Source: Vicugna vicugna (taxonomy: Eukaryota). From it: a stretch of 64,000 bases of DNA. Every line of letters begins with the position of its first letter. The stretch's first letter is position 1. The notes under the pieces were generated by a model. The model was not told the origin of the DNA, searched no databases, and saw nothing but the letters and a program-made list of their open reading frames with translations. Location: NCBI GenBank assembly GCA_013265495.1, contig MU058241.1, forward strand, positions 310,001-374,000, given 5' to 3'. Shown here one piece after another: positions 1 to 11,103 of the stretch. Position numbers and translations under genes: made by a program.

Positions 1-440
1 TTAAATTATTTGTTTTCAATCTTTCTTAAGGGTAAATATTTAAGACTACACATTTTCTTCTAACATCCCTTTAAGTGCATGATGTAGGATCTTATAATAG
101 TGGTTTTTATTATCGTTGTTTTCTAGAAATTCTTCATTTCCATTTTGAATTTCCTTTGTGACTAAAGAGTCAAAAGTTGTTTTAAAATTTTTATCTCTAA
201 ACCCATTTGTTTTTTATTTTTTATTCTGATTTTATTGACAATTTCATTATAGAATGTTTCCTGAACTATTTCTATGTTTTAAAATAAAGTAAGGCCTTAT
301 TTATGGCATAATATGTGGTCATTTTTTGTGACGCCCCACAGGCAATTGAAAAGATGACTGTTTCCCATGTTTAGGTTGCCAAGGTTGATTGATGTCTTTC
401 AATCAGATCTACCTCTTTAATTGTATTAATGAGGCCTTCA
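1..440 (-). mobile_element. Ancient L1 (L1M-type) ORF2 endonuclease-region remnant
   Basis: Degenerate match to antisense L1 ORF2 start ('tttatggcataatatgtggtcattttttgtga...ttgaaaagatgact'). T-rich; probably continues patchily to ~900 and 1470-1630. Confidence 0.55.
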
Positions 441-444
441 AAAA

Positions 445-590
445 TATATATATAGTGTGTGTGTATACATATATATGCATGTCTGTGATATTTTGCTGTA
501 CACCAGAAAATGACACATTGTAACTGGCTGTGCTTCAGTTTAAGAAAAAAGAAAAACAAAATAATAAAACAGGAAGCAAAATTTAAAAAA
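445..590 (+). mobile_element. Short camelid-type L1 3' tail with A-rich end
   Basis: 'gctgtacaccagaaaatgacacattgtaactgg...cttcagtttaagaaaaaa' followed by an A-rich tail. The same motif occurs in reverse at 16282-16330. Confidence 0.75.
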
Positions 591-929
591 TATATAGATG
601 CTCTTTCATGAACTGGGAGAGATGAATTGTTATTCCTGACTCCTAGTGTGTTTTTTTTCCTGTAATTTCTATTTTATGAAAGTTACTTATTTGATATGTT
701 ACTATGTATTTCCTAAGGATCACAATTTTTAGTATTTTGAAGTGCCCTGCCTTGTTTTGTTTATGTTATTTTGTCAAATTGTACACAATATACTATTCAG
801 ATGGCAAGTTCAGCTTTCTTTTTGTTGTGTACATCTGGTGTTTTGACCAGATTCTTTTATATTCCGCCTTTTTGAAGCACACTGAGTTATGAGTGTGATT
901 GTTAGTAGCTGGGGTCCACATGAAACACG

Positions 930-1468
930 ATCCTGCCTGTCAGTGAGCCATGTCTCTTGATACGCACCTCCTGATGTTGTCCCTTTCCCTTGATTCTTGA
1001 GGGTTTTGGGCTGGTCCTCGGGCTTGTTTTTGTCTGGTAGGATGTGGTGGAAGTGGTGCTGTATGACTTCCCATGCTGGGTCCAAAGAAGCCGACAGTTT
1101 TCACCTGGGTCCCTTACAGCAGTGCTCCGGGAAAGCCAGCAGTCACATGAGAAGACTGTCCAGAGACTGCCCTGCTGTGAGGATTCCCCAGCTAAGCTGT
1201 GGACGGGCTCCTTGGAGAGAGAAATGCCTGACCAGCCCCTAGTGTTCCACCCTTCCAGATGAGAAACAAGTCATAACAGGGAGAAACCTTCCCCACCTGA
1301 GCCTCCACATGACTTCAGCTCCAGCCACAGTTTGACTACAGCTACATGAAGGACCCCACAAACCTCCCAGTGGAGCCTGGTGTACCTACGGAGCTGTAAA
1401 AAAATAAAGTATGGCATTAAGCCACACGTTTGAAGTTGTGGTCATGCATCAGTAGATTACTGAATCAG
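930..1468 (+). mobile_element. MaLR solo LTR (MLT1G/H-like)
   Basis: MLT1 motifs 'gaagtggtgctgtatgacttcc' and 'tgacttcagctccagccacagtttgactacagctacatga', AATAAA, and the 3' end 'taagccac...tgcatcagtagattactgaatca'. Confidence 0.75.
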
Positions 1469-1644
1469 TGTGCGTTTTAGATGGTTTTGTTTGAAGAATG
1501 TGTTTAGTAAGTGTTAACTCCATATTCATTTATTAATGACTATTAGTATTCTCCCAAGCAATTTTATGTTTTCTGTTTTAACAGCTTTTTAAAAATACAT
1601 GCATTCAGTATGTGGTCTATGTGCTTTGCCTTTGGTGCACACTT

Positions 1645-2153
1645 TTTAAAAATTTGAAGTATAGTTGATTTACAATGTTGTGTTAGTTTCTAGTGTTCAG
1701 CATAGTGATTCAGTTATACATACATACATATATATTTTTTCATTATAGATTATTATAAGCTATTGAATATAGTTCCCTGTGCTATATAGTAAGACCTTGT
1801 TTATCTATTTTATATATAGTAGTTAGTATCAGCTAATCCCATATTCCTAGTTTATCTGTCTTCCCTATTCTCCCCTGGTAACGATAAGTTTGTTTTCTAT
1901 GTGTGTGAGTCTGTTTCTGTTTCATAAATAAGTTCATTTGTGTCATATCACATATAAGTGATATCATATGGTATTTGTCTTTCTCTGACTTACTCAGTAT
2001 GATAATCTCTAGGTCCATCTATGTTGCGGCCATTTCTGTCTACTGAACTTTCATTTGCTGAAAACAGACTCAACACTTCCCCATAATGAAATGGCATTAT
2101 TTCATTTTTTTAAAATAACTGAGTAATATTCCATTGTGTATATATATATTCCA

Positions 2154-2192
<39 letters not shown>

Positions 2193-2270
2193 CACATACC
2201 ACATATTCTTTATCCAGTCATCTGTGGGTGGACATGTAAGTTGCTTCCATGTCAGTAGTGCTGCTATGAA
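1645..2270 (-). mobile_element. 5'-truncated L1 (3' UTR plus ORF2 C-terminus), laurasiatherian/artiodactyl type
   Basis: 'ttgaagtatagttgatttacaatgttgtgttagtttc'. ORF-track hits MDLEIIILS..EKDKYHMISLIC and FIAALLT..WKQ..CP.TDDWIK are the L1 ORF2 tail. 13-bp TSD ttggtgca(c/t)actt at 1632-1644 and 2271-2283. Confidence 0.92.
2163..2196. repeat. (CA)n microsatellite inside L1
   Basis: Visible CA run with one interruption. Confidence 0.9.
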
Positions 2271-4199
2271 TTGGTGCATACTTCTGTCTTAGAAAGCGTA
2301 TATGTTTGTTTTAAGGGTGGTCTTTACATAATACATTCAAGCTTTTGTTTCTTTATACATCATTTACTATTTTTCTACTCTAAGTAATGAAAAAATAGCA
2401 AGTTTCTCTTCCTTCCTCGTTCCTTCTTCTACCATCTGATTTCAGCCAATAATGTAATTTTTGGGGGTTGCCGTTTGTATTTTCCTAAATGATTATACTT
2501 CCATGCTTTCTGCATTACATGGCATATGACTTTACACAATGATACTCTGAAGGCAGAACCAGGCTACTTGATATTTGAGGCAGAGTGCTGCAGGTTTCTT
2601 ATGTCAAGTGATGGAATGGAATGACATTCACATCTTGAACCCTTCTCTGAAGCAATGCTGCTGCCCAGCTTGCTGATTCTTTTACCTCCTTATGCAAGCA
2701 CCTTTATCGAGCAGCATTCGTGTCTTTAATTAATATGCCTTCCAGTGTCCAATAGTATTGGAAGTGCCTGAAAGCTACCTTTGAAGTGTGAATTCCTGCT
2801 TATGCTAAATAACTACCTCTAGTGTATGAATTAAAGTTAACTAAGACCCCTGTGCATATTCATTGCCCTGTTTGCCACTGAACAGCTTGTAAAGTAAACT
2901 CCCTCATGGCTGATACAGCTCACCACCCTCAGAATGCTTCAGTATGTTCTTCAGTTTTTCATGTCATGGCTTACATACAAAATCACCAGAGCAGTGGGAG
3001 GCACTGGAGTCAAATAGGTGAGGTTACTTATCACTAGGGCCAGGTATCCTAGGCAGATTTGTTCTTGTACAAGTTTATCAGCGATAAACTTTCTTAAACT
3101 TGGAAATGCAAAAAAAAAAAAAAGGAGGAAAAGAAGGAAGACCTGAATATTTAAATAGCTCTCTCCTATGAGCTTCTCAAGCATGTTACTTCTGGTACTC
3201 ATTTCTCTGTTAATTAACACGGAAGTCATGTTCCTCACCACCTCTCCCTTGACGACAAGCCCATTAGCAGATCATTTATCTCTTTTTTTTTTTATCTTAG
3301 TAGGGAAACTGTTGAGTCTTTGTAGGAAATGAAAGGCCAGCAGATAGAAATGGTTAGCTCCTCTTAGAGGCCTCAGAAGCTTGCTATAAGACTTTAGCAA
3401 TTAGCAGAAACTCAAGATGTTAAGACATCTTGGGTTGGTCACAAGAAAAGGAAAATGAACACAGAAATGGGGTGGGGGTGAGGCAGTTGTTCTGGTAGAG
3501 TAAAGTCCTATTAGTATTTCGGACAGATGACAGAACGATAAACAAGTCTTAGTCAAGTAAGTATATTCTGCAGTTTTGGATTTACTAGGAAAACAGATTG
3601 CACAGGCAGATCTGGAAACAGTCTATTTTGTGGTGTTACTGGTATCAAGAAAACAGGAGATTTATAGCTTATAACTCTTATAAGGCTTATAACTCTTTGT
3701 TACGTGTTACCTCTTTGTTATGTGTTACCAACCATCTCAATTGTTTTCACAGGCACGTGGTAACCAGATAGCCTAGCTTTGACTCAAAACAGGTGACTGA
3801 AATAGGGATGACTGTGATTTGACTTCATTTATCTTAACAGAAATTGCCTTATAGAGTGAGGTAAATTTAAACACTTTTCTCATCTAGTTGTCTCCCCAAA
3901 AATTCTGACCACAAATTCTATAAGAAATCTTAAAAGAAAAAAAAATCGCTTTGGGGCACTTTACTCTCTGAACAGATCTATGGTATTTGGGGGTTTTATT
4001 TGTTTCTGTCTTACCTCCTCGGAGTGGACTGTCCACCCCTTGAGTTGCTGTCTTCACCTCCTGTGATTTTCACCCTCACATGTGTACGTTTTTATGACCT
4101 GAAGAAATCTCAGTGATGATCTACTAAGTCACCAATTTAGTTTCAGAGATGAAGAAACAAGAGAAAAGATGTTATGTGGCTTGTCCAGGTCTTTACGTT

Positions 4200-4279
4200 A
4201 TTCAGTTGAACTTTATGAAATTGCCATTTTGTAGGTCAAAGCAAGTCCAGTTGGCAGTTTCACATATTGTTCAACCTAA
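4200..4279. mobile_element. MADE2-like ~80-bp mariner-derived MITE
   Basis: Palindromic ends 'gttgaactttatgaaattgcc' and 'ggcagtttcacatattgttcaaccta', with central 'ttttgtaggtcaaa'. Confidence 0.75.
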
Positions 4280-5522
4280 ATGGCTGTGGATCGAACCAAG
4301 AGGGCAATGTGATGTGGGCTGTATTGCACATCTTGTCGTGTCTACCACGTCTTCTCAACCTCAGGTGTTTGCATGGATGCAGTCACCACATAAGTATGTT
4401 CTTGTGGGTTAACAGAAAACTCAGAAGCCTTCAAATTAAATACTCTTTCTATGAGCTATCAAGTTTAAGAAAGTGCCTACTGGAAAAAAAAATCTGAGTA
4501 CCAAATGAAGGTTTGTGGTTGACCTTTTTATTGCTATGCCCTAAATCAGTACACTGAAATATACTTTGGAAATTTAATGATTCTTTTGTTCTTCCTTGAA
4601 GTTTATTGTGACCTTTTACTTTGCTGCTTCGATTTATCATGACTATAAATGGAAATAATTTTAGAATACTTAATTTATAACCATCCTTACGTACATAGAT
4701 CTGTAAATATCTCTGGAGACCAAGAAGTCTTCTGATGTCAGCATTTTGATCTGATGTTGTATGGTGACCAATTATTGGGAGAATCAAAAGGTGGAGAAAG
4801 ATGGTAACAGTGCATTCTTTTTATCAGAAATAGAATCATGACTATGTCTTACTCTATAAACTTAAAGGTACATTGTAGTAACTTTAAATTTGTTTCTATA
4901 ATGAGGATTGAGGTACTGCAGGTATTTTTCAGAGATTTTTTTAAGGACTGATTTTTCTCTCATGGGATACGTTCATGTCATGCTGATGAACCAGGCTGAT
5001 CACTTAGTTCTGTGCTGATGTATTTGACTCATGCTCAAAAGACCAAAATGAAATGAAATAAAATTTCTTTCACTAAGCATTTCTAGAGAAGCTTTCCCTT
5101 TTGTGTATCAGTAAGGAAAGGTCAATGAGAGTACAGTACTAAACATGCAGGTCAGGAATGAGTGATTCGGTGTGAAACTGAATTTGAATCAATAGCTGAA
5201 GTTGCTGGATGGGTAAGGTGACCTTGTTGATTACGTAGCTTGTTCTTTAAACAGGCGTCGTCTGTGTCACAGCCTATTCGTTCAGATCTTCAATCATGTC
5301 TGTGTAATTAGTGTTTGGTCTAATAGTAAAAGACAAATGTTTACTCTTTGCATTTTATTGATGACTGTTGCTGAAGATTCTTAGGACCTAGACCGGATCC
5401 CTAGTTTCCAAGCTTACTTCTATGTATTTAAGTATATATGTATATTTTTAAGCATTTAGGAGGGCCTGGTTTCTCCTTAATTCTTGATGTATCAATTATT
5501 AAGTGGGTCTTGATAAGTTATT

Positions 5523-5684
5523 ATTATTTTATATATATTTTAATTGAAGTATAGTCAGTTTACAGTGTGTCAACTTCTGGTATACAGTCATACATGAACA
5601 TATACATATTCGTTTTCATATTCTTTTTCACGATAAGTACTACAAGATATTGAATCTAGTTCCCTGTGCTGTATGAACTTGTTG
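5523..5684 (-). mobile_element. Short camelid-type L1 3' fragment
   Basis: 'aattgaagtatagtcagtttacagtgtgtcaacttctgg'. 14-bp TSD cttgataa(g/a)ttatt at 5509-5522 and 5685-5698. Confidence 0.9.
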
Positions 5685-6451
5685 CTTGATAAATTATTTT
5701 TTATGATTCAATTTTATCTCTACCATTACCATATTACTGATACCGTTTAAAGTGGTTGTCCTATGGTTTAAAATATACTTCTTTTATTAGTTACAATCTA
5801 CCTACAAATAATATTATACCACTTCAAGTAGCATAAAGACTTTACAGCAATATACTCCCTTCCCCCTGACCCTTTACGCTATTTTTAGAGTACATTTTAC
5901 TTTTATATATGCTATAGACATACACTACATTGCTTCTATTTTTGCTTTAGAAAATCAGTATACTTTTAGAGCAATTAAAAATAAGAAACACATGTTTTCT
6001 AATTTATTTTTAATTTTTCTCCAATTCTGGAAATCTTCATTTCTTTCTTCAGAATGAAGTTTCTGTTATCATACTTCTTTTATTTGAAAAACATCTTTTA
6101 ATGTTTCCTGTACCTTAAGTCTCCTGGTAATGAGTTTTCTGTTTTTATTTGTCTGGAAGAGTTTTTATTTCTCTGTCATTTTGAAAGCTGTTTTCTCTTG
6201 GTGTAGAATCTGGATTGACAGTTTTTCTTTTTTTTTTCTTTCAGTGCTTTATAGATGTCACCCCCCACCCCCATCTTCTGGTTTTCAGTTTCTGATGTGA
6301 AGTCTGCTGTAATGGTTATTTTTATTCCTCTGTAATTACATAATGCAGCCCCTATCCCCACCCCACCCCAGGCCGCTGCCTTTAAGATTACTCCTTTATC
6401 TTTGGTTTTTACAGTTTGATTACATTGAGTTTAACAGTGTATGTGTGCCTG

Positions 6452-8878
6452 TTTTTTTTTATTTTTATTTTTTTAATTGAAGTATAGTTGATTTACAGTG
6501 TTTTATTAGTTTCAGATGTATGACATAGTGATTTAGTATTTTTGCAGATTATACTCCATTGTAAGTTATTACAAGATAATGGCTATAATTTCCTGTACTG
6601 TACAGTATATTGTTATTGCTTATTTATAGCATACATAGTGGTTTATATCTGTTGATCCCAAACCCCCTAATTTGTCCCTCCCTCCTTCCTTCTCCCCTTT
6701 GGTAAACACTAGTTTTCTTTATCTGTGATCTGTTTCTGTTTTGCATATACATTTATTTGTTTATTTGTTTTTTGTTTTTAGATTTCACATATGAGTTACA
6801 GTATTTTCTCTTTCTCTGTCTGACTTATTTCACTAAGGATAATGTTCTCTAGGTCCATCCACATTGCTGCAAATGGCAGAATTTCCACATTCCTTTTTAT
6901 GGCTGAGTAGTATATTCCATTATATATATACATAGACCACATCTTCTTTCTCTGTCTCTTGATGGGCACTTGGGTTGCTTCCATGTCTTGGCTATCAAAC
7001 AGTGCTGCTATGAACATTGGGGTGCATGTATCTGTTTTAATTAGTGTTTTCATCTTTTCTGGATGTATACCCAGGAGTGGAATTGCTAGATTATATGATT
7101 ATTCTATTTTTAATTTTTTGAGGAACCTCCACACTGTTTTCCATGGTGGGCTGCACCAATTTACATTCCTACCAACAGTGTAGGAGGGCTCCCTTTTCTC
7201 CGCATTGTCTCCAGCATTTCTTATTTGTAGACTTTTTGATGACAGCCATTCTGACAGGTGTGAGATGGTATCTTGTTTTGATTTGCATTTCTCTAGTAGT
7301 TAGTAATATTGAGCATATTTTCATGTGCCTCCTGTATGTCTTCTTTGGAAAAATGTCTGTTTAGGTCTTCTGGCCATTTTTTGATTGGGTTGTTTCTGTT
7401 TTTGATATTAGTTGTATGAGCTGTTTATATATTTTGGGTATTAACCCCTTCTCACTCACATCATTTGCAAATATTTTCTCCCATTCAGTAGGCTGTCTTT
7501 TCATTTTGTCATGGTTTCTTTTGCTATGGAAAACCTTTTAAGTTTGATTAGGTCCCATTTGTTTATTTTTGCTTTGATGTCTTTTACCTTGGGAGATAGT
7601 GTTCTATGTATATTCTCTTCTAGGAATTTTATGGTTTCAGGTCTTACATTTAGATCTTTAGTCCATTTTGAGTTTATTTTTGTATATGGTAGGAGGGAAT
7701 GTTCCAATCTCATTGTTTACGTGTTGCTGTCCAGTTTTCCCAGCACCACTTGTTGAAGAGACTGTCTTTTCTTCATTGTATATCCTTGTTTCCTTTGTCA
7801 AGATTAATTGACCATAGATGTGTTATTTCTGGGCTTTCTATCCTGTTCCATTAATCTGTGTGTGTCTGTTTTTGTGCCAGTGCCATACTGTTTTTATTAG
7901 GTAGTTAGAAAGTTGGGGCACCTGGGAGATAGGTAGAGAGGAGAGAGGATGGTCTGGAAGATGGCATTATGCCTGCCTCCAGCATAAAGGGGCTTTACTT
8001 CCTCTAAATGATGCCAGCACGAAGCTGGTTAGAACCTGACAGCCACAACTGTTCATTAGTCAAAAGGACTTAACCGCCATGACCCAGTGCTTATTGTAAT
8101 ATAATTAACATTGCAGTTTAGGCCTCACCTCCATGGGGTTTTCTGTGTGCATCATGGATAAGGACATGGGCAAAGGGGCCAAACATGACTAAGCATTCTA
8201 GGGGCAAGGGCTGTCAATCAATGAAAAGACCTCCTCTAAGCAAGAGTGTAAGAGAAAGGGCAGACAGAGACCACTGCCTTTCCCCCTTGTATCAGCCCGC
8301 CTCCCGTTCTTGGGGATGTATTTTCTTTTCCTAAATAAATCTTTTAAAATCTTTCACTACACAGCTCTCTCTGTCTCCTGTCAATAATCTTATCTTTCAG
8401 GTGTGACAAGAACTGGGGTCTTTCCTCTTTACCTTTTGGGGTAACATTTTGATTACTGTCTGAATCTGAGAGGGTTATTCCTCCATCTTTGTTCTTTTTT
8501 TTCAAGATTGCTTTGGCAATTCGGGTTTTTTTTTTGGTTCCATATGAATTTTAGGATTATTTTTTCCAGTTCTGTGAAGAATGCCATGGATATTTTGATA
8601 GGATTGCATTAATCTGTAGATTGCTTTGAGTAGTTATGGCCATTTTAACAATATTAATTCTTCCAATCCAAGAGCATGGGATATCTTTCCATTTCTCTAT
8701 ATCATCATCAATTTCCTCTATCAGTGTTTTATAGTTTTCAGAGTACAGGTCTTTCACCTCCTTGGTTAAGTTTATTTCTAGGTATTTTATTCTTTTTGAT
8801 GTCATTTTAAATGGGATTTTTTAAAACTTCCTCTTTCTGATATTTCATTGTTACGTATAGAAATGCAACAGATTTCTG
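6452..8878 (-). mobile_element. 5'-truncated L1 (3' part of ORF2 plus 3' UTR), frameshifted
   Basis: ORF2 peptides [82 protein letters not shown]. Poly-T at 6451. Confidence 0.95.
7895..8446 (+). mobile_element. ERV solo LTR (~550 bp, ERV1-like) inserted in L1
   Basis: Interrupts the L1 sequence 'ccatactg-ttttgattactg'. Ends are t(a/g)ttag...taaca with a 4-bp TSD tttt. AATAAA near 8334. Confidence 0.85.
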
Positions 8879-10970
8879 TTTGTGCGTTGTTCACCTGCCT
8901 ATGGAACTTACTGGAATGATGGTTTTGTATCTTTAATTATTTAAAAAAGTTGTTAGCCATTACCTTTTCAAATAAATATTTTGCCATGTTTTGCCTCTGT
9001 CTTGTTCTAGGAATCCAGTCACCCTTTTTAGATTTTGTCCCACACCTCTTTGGATGCTCTGTTTGATATTGTCGCACAACTCTTGGATGCTCTGTTCTGT
9101 TTTGTTTTTCTCCATTCCTCTTTATCTCAGTGTTTTATTGGGTAATTTTTATTGACCTGCATTCAGATTCACTAATTCTTTCTTGGCTGAGTCTGCTGAT
9201 CTGCCAGTTGAAGGCATTCTTCATGTCTGTTAGCACGCCTTTAAAAACAAATTCTAAAACTTCCATATATGTCTAAGAGTTTCCATGTCTCCACCCAAAT
9301 TCTCCATCTCTTCATGCATGTTTTCCACATAGTCCACTGGTACTTTTAGCATATGATTCATAGCTATTCCCTGTTTGATAATTTCAACACATGACTATCT
9401 CTTAGTCTGGTTATGTTGATGGCTTTTTCCTCTTGAGTGTGGGTTCTTTCCTTGCTTTTTTGTGTGCCTCATTTTTAAAGGAATTGGATGCTGGACATGA
9501 TATGTACATAGTAGGGACTGAGAAAAATAATATTTCTGTCTGGAACGGACATACCTCTTCTAATGCTGAGTCTATCAGGAGAGGGGCTGGATTTTTTTCC
9601 TCTTGTTGTTGTTATGGTGTGCCTTCCATACACAAGGAGCTTCCAATTCCTCTGCATTATCTTTTCCTCAGAACTGAGACTGGGTTGCTGGAGGATTTTC
9701 CTCAGTGTTCCTGTTCACTGGCAGTTTTAGGCCTTCCTTGTACGCCTGCGCATCAGGGAGGGTTTCTCTCCTTGCTTTGTACCTCCTTTGTCCTACGAAT
9801 CACATATCCTTGATGATCTAGTTGGCTAAATGTAGTAGGGCTTTCAAAAACTCATAAGGCACATAAATCATAAGGCATTTCATGAGTTTATCAATCACAG
9901 TTGAAAGATAAAATGTAGATCCTTAGAGCAACATGTGGTGTAGATCAGGTGTGATGTCAGCCCAGGATTTGTGAAGGAGGCAGTGATCACAAAAGGAAAG
10001 TCTGATGTCGCTTGCTCATGTGCTTTCCTCTCTCTTCACTATTTTTAGCAAAATGTTTGAATTTCTTTTTTTTTTTTGAGTTCTATACTTGAATGAGTTA
10101 TCAAAAGTGAGTTTCAGTGCTGTGAGTTGTCCCAGTGGGCCAAAAGACTGAAATCCATTGACCTCCTATCTCAGCCTTACGTGTGGGTTATCCTCAAGGG
10201 TGTGAGGAGGTGTGCCAGGGATCTGAAAAGTACAGGATGACCCGCTTATCTCTCTACAGACCTATGCCTATGCTTCGCATGATAGCAAGTAGTTTAAAAC
10301 ATGCTGACCATGTTAAAACTTAAAATTTACCATACTAAAACTTGGTTTTCTAATGACTTGGATAAGTTGTCAAAGGCAACATTTGCATTAATTTCTTGAG
10401 ATAAATCACAATTTATAAAAAATACAATTGCTTTGAAAGAAATTCCACACTGGTAGAACTGCTATGGCCTCTCTCATTCCCAAGGAACATTCCTCTGGCT
10501 CTGGTGCTGCTGGAGACACTTGAAGGAAAGATTTAAGAGGCTCTGTTAGTTAAACCTCCCACTGACATTCTGTGCTCTGTCCTTGGCCAAGCATGGGGCC
10601 GGGAAGAGTCAGAGAGAGGAAAGTTTCTCTAGTATGGATACTTGTGTCCTTTCGTAGAGAGAGGTGGAAGGGCAGGAAGTTTCTTTTGTCTCTATACTTG
10701 GGTCATGAGTCCCTTTCCTAAAAATGTGTACACACTAGATATGAAGTGGCAGGTGAGAAAATTTATTTTCTCTTGATTTTGTAGTTTTAAGATGGCAAAC
10801 TTATCTGAAAGGAACACTTTAATTTTATTTTTACCTAGCTTTTATCATCTATAGTTCATATTAACTTTCTGATTTTTACCGATTGGTTAGTTTCTGTGTA
10901 TAGAATACAGGGACTTGTTTTCCCACTACTTTTAAACAGAAATATAAGCACAGTTAACTCTGCCAGGTTT

Positions 10971-11103
10971 TTTTCTTTTTTTGTTTATTTTTTTTTGTGG
11001 GGGAGATAATTAAGTTTCTTGATTGATTGGAAGTACTGGGGATTGAACCCAGGACCTCGTGCATGTTAAGCACATACTCAACCACTGAGCTATACCCTCC
11101 CCC
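10971..11103 (-). mobile_element. tRNA(Ala)-derived camelid SINE (Vic-1-like)
   Basis: Reverse strand reads GGGGAGGGTATAGCTCAGTGG (A box)...GGTTCAATCC (B box)...A tail. Degenerate TSD aactctgccaggttt / aactctactggttt. Confidence 0.92.

Larger units (their letters stand above)
5700..9800 (-). mobile_element. Old L1M ORF1/5' region, split by the younger L1 at 6452-8878
   Basis: ORF 6176-6361 reads I.ITADFTSET...DIYKALKEK..NCQSR (L1 ORF1p C-terminus). ORF1 N-terminal/5' UTR-like sequence resumes after 8880. Confidence 0.75.

Noticed and set aside
3301..3352. Coding exon after the strong acceptor at 3300
   Set aside because: There are stop codons in all three frames and only a weak donor (gttagc). 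It is at most a non-coding or cryptic exon.
6796..8805. ORFs with clear protein homology (also 1833-2279 and 32429-32886)
   Set aside because: These are frameshifted fragments of L1 ORF2p in 5'-truncated copies, not host genes or active elements.
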